Below are positions 14,340 to 25,627 of a stretch of 64,000 bases of DNA, one piece after another (within the stretch, counting starts at the first letter, position 1; each line of letters begins with the position of its first letter). The translations under genes and the position numbers were made by a program. Where the stretch lies: assembly GCA_000708835.1 (NCBI GenBank), contig DF236978.1:248001-312000 (forward strand), given 5' to 3'. A model generated the notes under the pieces. The model saw nothing but the letters and a program-made list of their open reading frames with translations. It made no database searches and was not told the origin of the DNA. Source of the DNA: Klebsormidium nitens. Lineage: Eukaryota > Plantae > Klebsormidiophyceae.

Positions 14340-14900
14340 CGTTGACCGTTGAATGATTGAGCATTGCGCCGAGCCAATATATGCGTTCATGCGCTGCGTG
14401 AAGCAACATACCCGAAGCCTGGCGTGCGCGTGGCTGCCGCCCAGGCTAAACTATTGACCGTCGATCGTGGCCGTACGTCGAATATACGAATGCAAACCGT
14501 GCTGTACTACTGCAGCTTGCGCGTGCCGACAAAGTAAACGTTATTGATTGCATAATCAGTATATTCAAACATGATATGTGCGGCATGTATAGCTTATATG
14601 TAAGTACCGTCGTTAAGGGAAAATTGCCTATCCATGGCCGCGCGCATGCAAGCTACGATAGCGCTACGATCAGGCATGACCGTCAGTGTGCATGCAAGCG
14701 GCGGCTCTTGCCATGGCGGCAAAGTTGAAGTGACTATACCATATGACGGTCACTCGACAATTGCTGTGAGGTACTAAGCCTGAATAATTATATATAGTCG
14801 TCCCAAGACCAGGCAGGCTGTATAAAGGCGAGTCCGTGTATACTGAGCGTGGCGTAAATGGTTTTCAAGATTGATGCTTAATCATGGTACGTGAGCTCCC
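14340..14900. other. Intergenic RY-alternating island between convergent 3' ends
   Basis: Hand count over 14461-14580: 38/119 steps are RR or YY (32%), versus 71/119 (60%) in control 9421-9540. Confidence 0.65.
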
Positions 14901-15661
14901 ATGCACGAAAGATAACAGCTAGCTATCTGCTTGAGTATTGCCAGGTGAGTTGCTACCCAAGCTAGTCACAGGCTGAGTCTTCTATGTCCTGCTCAGAAGT
15001 CACATCGAGCCCAACACGTGGTTCTACAGCGAATGTACTGGCATGCCTGTGCAACTTGAAGCTACGAATATTTATGCAGTATAGATTGCTTGTATGCCCG
15101 GCGGCGGCCTAATCCATCACAAAATGTCGCCACAGGGACTTAGTTTAGGCTAGAAATCTCCACGTCTCTGTACATGTTCAAGAGTGACAGTTCCGGGCAC
15201 TCTTTGTCGAACCTAGCTAGCTGAAAAGTGTTGTATGGTTGAGTGATAGCTGCAGGAAAAAAGTCCCTCAACTCAATTGCAATACAGAAATCAGTCAACC
15301 CTGCAATTAAACGTTATCATACCAGCAGTCAAACCACCAAGAAGAATCCAGCTGACGTACAGCTGTCCTGCGACACAGTCGCTGGGGAACGAGCCCAGCT
15401 TCTTACAGGAGCGGCCCTCCAGTATTCTCCACCTAATCTACATAGTCCCATAAAGTACACTGAGTGTTGCTGAAACATTTGCGCTTTGACAAAGGCGACC
15501 CTATTAGGTCACCGTTAGTGAGAGCAGAAAAGCACCCCCCTGTAATGCGTATTTTGCATTTTCAATTTTCAGAAACCCTCAATCAGACACCTGTGCAGTC
15601 CAGTCTACCTACAACTTCCAGATTATTCACAAACTCTCGAAGTTTTTACGACGACTCTTGG

Positions 15662-18600
15662 TCATGAGTCGTATATACGAACGACCCGCTTGATGGGCTG
15701 CGAGCACATGGGGCACTTCCTCCCCGGCCCCTTCGCCACCCGCCGCGCACACCCGGCGCAGCACACCCGGTGCCCGCAATCCAAAAACGCGGCGCGCCGC
15801 ACGCGCGCCCAACAAATCGTGCACGCGATATTCCGATCTAGTTCCTCGCCCTCGACCCCAGTCTCCTCCCCGTCCTCTTCCACCCCTCTCGGAAGGTTGT
15901 CCTCCGGAACCGGAATGTACGGAACGATCTTGCCGGCTACATCCGTTGTCCACAGCTGTCCGTTATCTTCCCAAAGCGCGCGCCGGTTGAGAGGGACCAC
16001 CATACCCGTGCCTTGTACGAGCCCGATCTCGACGGGGCGGTCGGCCGCGGGCGCGCCCCGCTGCGCGCGCAGGGCCGCCAGCCACTGACGCTTCAGAAGC
16101 CAGCGTCGCTGCAGGGGTTACGGGATGAGGTAAGGGAGACATAGAGCTTCACATCGTCTGGTAATTTCGTGTTGAAAGAACGGGGTTAGGGTGTCGGTCA
16201 AGGACGCTTTGAAAGTCAGACACTAAGTGGATTATCAACATCTTAGAACGTTCCGCAGATGTATAGTTGGTTCAAAGAGTTGGAACTGGGGAAGAGCTCG
16301 GATCCTCAACGCAACTTTCGGCACCAGGCTGAAAGTTTTTGGTGTTTGAGAGAGTCAGCTGTAAAGGGGGGTTCCCATGTCAAAACGCCGCAGACCAATG
16401 GCCGCACGTATGGACAAAGGTCGAAGCCCTTCACGACATTCAAAAAGTGCAAGGTGCGTAACTGCCCGGCAAGAAGGGAAAAACCAAACGGCTCAATTCT
16501 CCTTTGCCGGCGGCTCAGCCAACGAGTCAGCCATTGAAAATCGGCACTGCCGAAACTCGAGAATGTATCGCTCGTTGAGGCCTCGTCCACTGGGAATAAT
16601 CTGCTTCCAAAGCCTTACTTCATTCGACACTCTGCCGAGGCTAAGCATTTCAGATACCCGCGCCGCTTACCACGACGGTCGTCAGCAGGATGTCGAGCCC
16701 CTGAATGAGCGCAAAGCGGACAAGCATCCATTTGTACTCCGTCAGGTCGCGTCCCAGCCGTCCGATCTCGCCCCGCAGCGACCGCCTGATGCCCTCCTTC
16801 GATCCACGGGCGCTGCAGTTGCATAGAAATGGCGAGCGTTCAGGGACAGCCCTCTTTGCGCCTTTTCACCGCTCTGCTGATATCTTCGCTGGAGATATGC
16901 TAAGCGAACAAGAGGCAGGGCCGCTGTTGCTGGGTGCCGAAATTTGTGCCCCTGCCTAGGTACTGTTAAAGCCAGTAAGTCTTAATCGTCCTCCTGAAGT
17001 AGGTTCTCTTGGATTTGACCTGCTGAGCGTGCAAACAGAAGAGGGCTGCAATCTCCCACCGCCTCCTTCGAGCTCTGTGTGCCGCAATCAGGGCCGAATA
17101 CGAGAGAATCCGAGTAAGAAAGCAAACTTCTTCCTGACCACTTTCTTTCTTCTTCTCGACAGGACAAACGACAAACCACGTCGCAGCTTGGTTTCAAGCC
17201 ACCACAAAATTAGATGAACGGCCCAAAGCGACCAAAGAAGTTGTCCTGTTCATGAGGAACCATTGTCTCCCGAGAAACGCCTTCGGCAAAAAGTGCCCCC
17301 GTCCGCACTGAACCTCAATTAGGTTCCGGCGACGAATCGGAACTAATTCGAGCACAAAGCCGAACTTTGTACTCGTCAAAACTTCATTCCCTATGTCCTC
17401 GGGTAAGTGCCCAATACCCAACTCCCTTGCCGTTTTACGGCAAGGACAAGAGGCGCACGGCAACTGACTACCATACGCGGGTCATTTACCAGGCGAATGA
17501 AGCAGCAAACATTCCTCACAGCAGTCTCTTACGGAAGTGAAGCATCCCTCTCGAAGTCCATGCACTCACACTTCACAACGTTTCCTCACTTGAATCTTCC
17601 GACTCACCTGGTTAGGAAGCACAGTGCGGAAAAATTCTGAAAAGCAAGTTCCCTGCCTGCGACGCCCAACCTCTCTCTTCTGCTTTTCGGAATCAACAAC
17701 TTGTTCGCAATAAGTTGGAAGCAAGGCAAGAGTCCCAACAGAGAACGATGCTAGGCACCCCTCAGACGACGCTCTAAATGATCGCTCACTAGTTGAAGTG
17801 TCGTGGGACCTCCCCCCTCCCCTCGTCCAGCTCTTGCCACCAGACTGTGCCGTCCTCTCCTAGTGCCACGTTGCATAACAAAGTGCTCGGAACGCTAAGC
17901 CGGCCAGCAACGGGGGCCAGAAGCAGGGCTGGAGGCCGGTCGCCGGCGACCTCCCCAATGAAGTTGCTCGGAGAATGCGGTGCCGAGAGGTGCCTGGGGA
18001 GAAAGTGGGGAAGGGCTTGCGGTGGCGACAAATTATGGAAAAAGAAGCAGACGCTTGTTTTCATGGCCCATCAGCCAAGGTCCGTACCCACAGAATGCTG
18101 ATGTTGCTCTTGCAAACAACCAGAACTTGCAATCGGTGCATTGAAAGTTCTTCAAAGGTGCCTCTGTAGGCTTCGAGAGCGCTGGATGACTCTCTGATTC
18201 TCAAAGGCAATCCATAAGCTTTTCAATTAAGACTGCGCAAGGCAAGGCTCTCCCTTCTTATAAGAATTCTTGTACATACTTTCAATCTGAGCGATGACGA
18301 TCAACGTAAGTCTCAGCTTCGGCTCATTTGTTAGAGTCCTCAAATTCTGGTGTGGATGTGACCATATCGTAGACACGACAAATGTGCGCACTCTGAAATT
18401 CATCGTTCAATGATGTGGCACAGGGGCACCATATGATCGCAGGGGTAAAAGCTACATGTAAAAGTCAGCCAGACTTGCAAGTCCCAGCTCGACAACGAAG
18501 AATGTCCTTCTCTTGCGCCGGGCAATGCCTTCCTACCTGTGTGGAGACACCAACAGACCGAGATGCTCTGGAGACTGCGCATTGTGATCACAACCAAACC

Positions 18601-18926
18601 TCATGCACAAGCAGGGCAAAGCCACTTGGACTTGATAGTTTAAGTTTCTACATGATCAACCGCTCCCACCTTAGAAACGCCAGCGACGCGAGCTGGGCGT
18701 CCTTCGGGTTCAGCCTCCCCTCCAACAACTTGGCCTGCAGCACCTCGAGGAGCTGCTCCGCATCAGAGAGGTCCACTTCCGGCAGGTCCTCCAGCCTGCG
18801 CGCCGCCTTCTCAAAGATCTTCTTGTCCACGTACTTGTCAATCAGCATCACGGGGTAGATGAAGAACACGGTCTGCAGGAGGCAGCGCCCCGCAATCTCC
18901 ACAATGGTCCCCAACACGGGCATCAT
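15662..18926 (-). CDS. C-terminal RING-HC (C3HC4) protein, probable E3 ubiquitin ligase with two hydrophobic segments, ~281 aa
   Basis: Exons 18926-18670, 16812-16671, 16108-15662 are phase-consistent (846 nt). RING: CTICWARVRRAAFLDCGHRVCCAGCARRVAKGPGRKCPMCSQPIKRVVRIY. The start codon is uncertain and a further upstream exon is possible. Confidence 0.85.
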
Positions 18927-19289
18927 TCTTCGAGAATTACCCTTTCTATTGATTTGTTGCTTACCCCTGCGACACCAGCACTCCGAGCAGGCAAATCGCC
19001 TGGACCCTGCGTGGGTTGGACTCTGCAAATCAGTGCGCGATGCAGGCGTCCTCACCACAGCTGGTATCAGCTGGATTCTGATCCTTTGTGCTTGCACAGA
19101 ATACCTACAGCTCAAAGCCTACGCCGACGGAACACAATATGGCTTCCTGCCATCGCTTGTGCAGACGTACTCTAGCCTCTAGCTAGGCTGAGTCTTAGTA
19201 GCGCCAGGGCCCAGCACTAGCGCGCGCTGATCCAGGACTCCCGGGCCGACCGTCGCCGACTCTATCGGAGCCTGCGCCGGCCGGCCGGC

Positions 19290-19641
19290 TAGGTTGTTCA
19301 CACCTGATTTATTATCTACCGGCGGCGTCGGATCAATCCGTCGCCGGAGTTGGCCATTTTAGACGGAAAACGAGGGTTGTTCGCACTGCGCTTTTGACGG
19401 GGCTCTCCGGTGCCGGAATCGAGATCACGTGCCAAAATTATAAGCTGGCCGCGCGGTTCCACGGGCTTTCGATATCGACGGAGCAATCCGGCGACGGACA
19501 ACTCCGGCGCCGGAGGAAAGTTGTTCCAAAATTCTCCGTCGACGCCGGTGATGCTCCGTCGACGGAAATTTTGGATTTTCGACGGAGTACATTGGCCGCC
19601 GGCGCCGGCGGCAGGAATTTTGTGCTAGTGTGAACAACCTA
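19290..19641. mobile_element. MITE, Tc1/mariner-like (TA-flanked), ~350 bp
   Basis: Perfect inverted ends TAGGTTGTTCACAC (19290-19303) and GTGTGAACAACCTA (19628-19641), i.e. a 12-bp TIR with TA on both sides. Internal repeated or inverted CCGTCGACG / CCGGCGACGG motifs; no coding capacity. Confidence 0.8.
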
Positions 19642-20318
19642 TCATAGGTTTTCCGACGGAGCTCTCAGTCTCAGATTTCATGCACTCTGGCACGCGGCCG
19701 CGCCGCCGCCGCGGTCGGGCGTCGCGTACGCGCGGCCGCAATCGGGCGCGTCGCAGATAAATACTGCATGCCAGTGAGTCCCGCCCCTAGTTGCTAGTAG
19801 AGGTCGGGACTCGGTATAGGTATACACCCGTCCATCTCGTACTTGGAAGAGTACTGATACGTACTACTGTACCTACCTACCTTTTAGGTTTTTGGTACCT
19901 ATCCCGGTTATTTCGCCTCTGAATATCTTGTGAATCTGAAGGATTTATCATCTGGTATGTCGAAAATCTGATTCACAAAGTTGGAGACTTGAAAAAAGGG
20001 AGTGCACTTGAGTACACTCAGTAAAGTACGTGTCAGAAATTAGAATCCAAAATAAGTTTGTCAGAACCTAATGGATATCTGATAATTTGCGCTTTGAAAT
20101 CGTGCTACCGTATCGGCGTATCGTGAACGTACAGCGGGTTATGCGATTTCAAGGGGCAATTGGCGAGCAAGTATCAACATCCGATTGGGCACCCCAATTC
20201 CACAACGTACGCAAATCTTAACGCTGGTAGCATGATCGGTACGTACCAATCGGGATCGACATTGTCGGCGCAGTCACCGGTTCACTTTCGCGGCATGCCC
20301 ATATTGCCCGAGGATTTC

Positions 20319-20479
20319 TAAGGGGCTTGTCTCCTAAGATTCAGAAGCCCCGGGCACTGCAACTAAAAAGCTCTAACCCCAGAACTTACACGCCCCGAAC
20401 CCGAACAGTGAACTCACCCTAACCACCAAGCGAACCCTACCGTCCCCCGGCCTATCAGATTCGGGAGACAAGCCCCTTA
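20319..20479. mobile_element. MITE, TA-flanked, with telomere-like C-rich core
   Basis: Perfect inverted ends TAAGGGGCTTGTCTCC (20319-20334) and GGAGACAAGCCCCTTA (20464-20479). Core 20362-20446 aligns with 27975-28053. Confidence 0.75.
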
Positions 20480-21009
20480 CTTGAAGTCACGACTCACGAG
20501 ACAAGCTGGGGTTGCAACTCGCCATGTACCGGTAGGTAATCCAATGTGCACCCAGCACAGACGGTTGCACACTCTGTATGCAGTGTGCACTGTTTGTGCG
20601 GTGTGCCGTGTGCACTGTCTACCTGCCTACCGGTAAAGCTTGCTGCGCAATACGGTATGCTTACCGGTACGGGATTGAATTTTCGTCTACTAGGTTTGTA
20701 CCGCACTACGTACTAATAAAAGGGAAGTACCTACCGGCCGGCAGGCAGGTACCGTGTAGTACCTATGTATGAACCTGTGTGCTCATGTTCGGTTCTTGTG
20801 CAATAATTGGGCATGCCTAGCTGACATCAGAGTGACATGGGGCAGGGCCATTTGGCATACAGCTAGATGATCCAAAGCTGCCGCAAGCAGCACAAATTGC
20901 GTCTTTGAGGAGCTGTCGCAGTTCTGAGCTGGGGCGGTAGTACGGTACTAGGTAGCCATTATTCAGAACGGAATTCACAATCCAGAAAGCTTCTGAAGAT
21001 CTGGGCAAG

Positions 21010-23539
21010 ATGTGCTCCCCGTTGTCAGATTGGATAGACGGAAACGTCGTGGCAAGCATCCTCTCCTCCTGTCTCTTCTTTCTTTGTGTATTTGCTGGAA
21101 AAGTTGGACTTCAGAGCTTGCAGATCATCCTTCCTCCGTGGTTGGCCTATGTAGCGGTAGTGCTCTGCGTTTTGAATGTCATTTCGTGGCTTCAATCCCC
21201 GCCAGCAATTCGACTGCGTGGGAAGCATATCCTGATAGCAGGTGGATCCACAGATGTTGGACGGGCATTGGGCTGTTTGGCAGTCAAGGAGGGAGGCCGT
21301 ATATCTTTGCTTGGTTCGGATGAGGTGAGCAATCTGTCTGACAAACCCTGGAATGCCTGGAGTTGTCACGCGAATACTGTTATGCAGAGCAGTACTCCCC
21401 TGATTGGCCGCTTGTTTTTGGCTTCATTCAGCTGATGGTAACGGTTGAAAGAATGTTCTGCTTGACCCACTTGTACAGGAATAGGTGTTCTGCATTGTGT
21501 GGGGCGGTTTTAGGGTCATTGGTGCCCTTTGCCACAATGCTCTGCTTGCATTGCATTAAGCACTTGTCTGCATTAGTGCAAGTCGCGGGGGTATGGATGT
21601 TGTAAATTGTGAGCCAGCTTAGTTTCTTTTCAAAATGGAGATTGTTCCCTTTTTCTTCTGGTCCCCAGTCACGTCCAGTATCATCAAAGAAGTATGAGCC
21701 CTTACAAACCTGACTTTGCACATGTAAAGGCTGCAACGAATGGATGCACATGTGCGTGTGCTGATGCCTCACTCTCCTCACATTTTGCAGGCCCTGTTGG
21801 AAGAGAGTGCGGAGCTTGTGGAAGCAGCAATACCATTGCAGAAATGCCTTCAAGAGCTGTGCAAGCCTGTTGTGACAGCAAAAGCAAGACTGGACGATGC
21901 TTTGGAAGTTGCAGAAGCCATTGCCAGTACAACAAAAGTGCTAGGTAAGCAACGCTCTTTGAAATGATCTCATTGGTGGCATTCGATTTCGCATAACCGG
22001 ATCTTACAGTTGATGCATTGTTCGTCGAACCCTATGCATTTGCAAGGTCGGCATTGGAGCTTTTTAGGGAGAGCTAATTGGATCTTAAGCCAAGCAACTG
22101 ACTTGCTCTCACTTGGCCTGTACTTTGTTCACCTCCTACTTTTGGGGGATGAAGTTGGTCCAGTTTGTTGCTCGCCTAGATACATTGGATAGAATTCCAC
22201 CCTTTGTCAGATCTTGGTCATGCAATGCAGGGCATGTATTGGTTGCTTGCCTGTCCATTGCTCGTGGGGATAATTGTATGCCTGGCTCATTGCTAGTGAG
22301 GGCCCTGCACATTTTATTTGACTACGACATTGGGTCTATTTCCTGCAGGACCAGTGGATATCCTTGTGTGTGCATCAGCAAATGAGACTTCCTCCCCTTG
22401 CAAAGAGGTTGAAACCACTCCTCTCGATGACTTTGAGCGTGTCATGCGGGCCAATTGGCTGGCCACTATAGCAGCCATTCAAGGTGCTCTGGAGCATATG
22501 AAGGACAGGTTTGGCGAGGCACCCACGCGAATAGCAATCATCTCTTCTCTTGCCAGCCAGGTAAGCCCTTGAATCCTTCGCCTTGCTCCCCAACAATCAT
22601 TGCCTTACCACGGTAAATTCCATGATTGTCCGACAAACTTCTTAGACTCTTTGAACTTTCTCTGCGATTGTCATCTTATCCAGAGCTTGCTGTCCTGCGG
22701 CTGGTTTGATGTGGTGGGATGCAAGTGGTGTTACTTCTTGTCAGGCATAGCGCTCCAGATCTGCACATGCTATACTCAAATCTTCTGCAGCGACACCTCC
22801 TGAAGAGTTTTTGTGGCACCTTTTTGCAGGGTGGCCAGTATGGTCATGGCGCCTTTGCATCTAGCCAGTTTGCCCTCCGTGGTCTGGCAGAAGTCCTCCA
22901 GCAAGAGTTGGCGGCATACAACATCCGGGTCACTTTTGTCTGCCCCCCCACCAAGCAGGTCATGATGGATGGAAAAGGTGAGGTTCAGGCAGAAGTCAAC
23001 TTTTTCAGTCCCTGTCTTACAACAGGGACTCAGAGGTCAATAAGCCTTTCTGAGGCGTCTGATTTGTAAGTTCTGAGGCGTTTCATCTGAAACAGGGCAC
23101 CTTGGTATGTCTTTAAGCTGAGTCTACAGGTTCGTGATGAAGTTGCAGCTTCTGGTTTGAGCTGAACAGCCCAATGTCAGGATGAGTCGTTTGTTGCTCA
23201 GACCATGTAGATGATGCCATTCATTCTCCAATCGCAGGATACCAGTCTTCAGTGGTTGGATCAACACAAGCGGTGGCTCAATCAGCGGGTAACGAGTCCC
23301 CTGATAGCATCGCGGCTGCTACCCTAAGGGCTGTGAAGCAGGGCCGTTTTCTGGTCAACTTTGGGGTAACCGGCTGGATAGTAGGGACCTTGACAAGCGG
23401 GATGGCACCACAGCCTTTCTTGTTCCAAGGTGCCCTCGAGGTGCTGTTTGCTGGGGTGTGTCGCTCGTTCATGCTCTTGGCGCACGCAAGCTTCTTCAGG
23501 AGGGTATCAAAGCCAGAGTGGAAGTTTAAGACGCCTTAG
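21010..23539 (+). CDS. TSC10-like: 3-ketodihydrosphingosine reductase (TSC10/KDSR)-like SDR with degenerate cofactor and catalytic motifs, ~376 aa
   Basis: Exons 21010-21324, 21791-21944, 22349-22560, 22830-22977, 23238-23539 are phase-consistent (1131 nt). N-terminal TM, LRGKHILIAGGSTDVGRALG, QYGHGAFASSQFALRGLAEVLQQEL and C-terminal GMAPQ...ALEVLFAGVCR follow plant TSC10 architecture. Confidence 0.85.
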
Positions 23540-24059
23540 GTCGGAGGTCATAGGTCTGTAGCGGCTGTAGCGGCTCTGCGTAACTGTTGCACGCGCTTGG
23601 TTAGGAAGAGTACCATAGCAGGAAGGGTTCAGACGCATAGGTGAGCCGCATAGTCAAGCTGTACCGCAACATAGCAAGGGACTGCATAGCTTCTAGTAGG
23701 ACGTTTGCTGAGTAAGAAGATAAGGTCGTCGGGTAGGCTAGAACCCGATCTCGCTATCATTCCTTCCCTGGCATCATGGTGGTGAGGTTCACCACCGTGC
23801 TTTCAGGGAGGGTATGAAAGCGAGATCAGGTGCAAGTCCTTCCTAACGACCTTGTAATGAACCTTGTTAGGTTCTTGAAATGCAAAGCATGGAAGAGTGT
23901 TGAGATGAGGTAAGACCGAGCATTCAAGTTTCTTTCCATACAGTGGTGGCAAAACCATGTGGCAAGACATCATGCATTGGAAGACATGCTGGCGGTCCAG
24001 ATGCCTGTCCCTTCATAGTGAGTCCCAAGCTTCCAAATTTCTTTGTCAGTGCATGCATT

Positions 24060-24560
24060 ATCCACGCGGCGAATTGTGTTGAATTCACTTGCTGAGTCAA
24101 TTCACTTGAGCGAGCAGCTAGGCCCGGCAGTGCACGACCTCTATACGCGGGGCCGTTAGTAGCTCAATGGGTTACATGGTGCATCATTGCCCCATGTCTA
24201 ATATTTTATGGACGGTCCGCCTGGCCCATCCAATGAATGATGCATTCGGGCCCGGCGGCTGATTCTGCATATATGATCCGGTGAGGTTATAAAAGTCATG
24301 CATCATTGTGGTGGGTCACTGCCACACTGACATGGCGCCCGCCAGTGCCAAACTCACAGATTCACAATTGTAGCTAAGCTATAGGGCACGCATTGCAATT
24401 CTGGTGGCCGCATTGCACATGATATTTCACATGCGGCGACGTATAATTGCGCGCGAGCTATGCGCCAATAAGCGAGTATAGGACTTCTTGCTACTACACG
24501 CTAGCTAGACCAATATAAGATTTAAGCTAGCTCGAGTGTGGTACGTCCGCAGTGAAATCA
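24060..24560. other. Intergenic RY-alternating island between convergent 3' ends (TSC10-like / STR9)
   Basis: Hand count over 24361-24480: 38/119 RR+YY steps (32%). Confidence 0.65.
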
Positions 24561-25627
24561 AGGAGAGCCGCTTAATTTTGCACGGATAGTGTAGACACAT
24601 ACTTCGTGAACATCAGACTCTGGTCGAGGGTCGAGCTCACCTGAGAACCACGCAATCTAAATCGGACTCTACGTAGTACATAGCATGTTGAACTTCTTTT
24701 AAGCGACTGACAGGCGATGGTGTTCAACATCGTCACTACAATGCTGCATCCCGTCAACCCAAAGTTTCGGCAAAAGGTGAGCGAGAACTTACAATGCATG
24801 ACCTCGAGTTTGGCAGCCTGATTGCTTGCACGTCTGACTGGTTTGTCGATCCGAGTCTCAATCTTTCATGTAGGACTAAAATTGCTTGACCAATGCCCAT
24901 ATGCTTTTGCAATCGCGATGAAAGAATCCTGGAGCAGTTGCAGCAATTAGCGGACCCCTCAATGTTTTGGCCGGCGACTCACCTTGATACTTTCTAGCTT
25001 ATTCGAACAAACGGGGGAGCTGGTCTTACATGCGCAATGACTCTTGTCGTTCAGGGCCAACTAATTATCTCTCGCTGCTCCTTATTCAACGGCCAATTGT
25101 AGACTCAACCCGTCCTCTGCAGGCAGACCATTGACACAGAGGTCAGCCAATCTTTCAGAGGACCGAGCAACACCTTAGGCGAGCAAAACTTTGCAATTTG
25201 CAAGCGAGCGACCTGGGCCGAAAGGAGCAGACATTACCTCTATCTCCAGCGGGTCACTTGGACACGTCTTTGCAAATGAAGGAATTCGAGCAGAAGGTTC
25301 CATCAAAGCAGCGATTTCGAAGAGGTTTGAACCCTTCCACCAAGCTAAATGGTAAAGTGACATCTTCTCCTCAATGGCGAGACCTTTTTGAGAGCGTCCA
25401 GCCGCTCGGCCCCCACGCCAAACGCAAATAGATGCTCGCCACTCCGTTTGTGGAAGCAGTTAGTGATACGTACTTCGCGAAGGCAGTGAAGGTTGCCGCA
25501 AAGCTCAACCTCAAATATTGCTTGATTCCATCACCAAGCAGTCTCTTCGTCCAAAAAGAGACTCTCGGACCCGCGACCCGTCCATTCTCGGACATTCCGC
25601 TCTGATCCTTTCAGGATTGGCTCACCT

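Noticed and set aside
19850-20060. GTAC-rich stretch sharing short words (TACCTTTTAGGT, GTACACTC) with the 34780-35480 region
   Set aside because: The matches are only 8-12 nt and not collinear, which is insufficient to call one repeat family.
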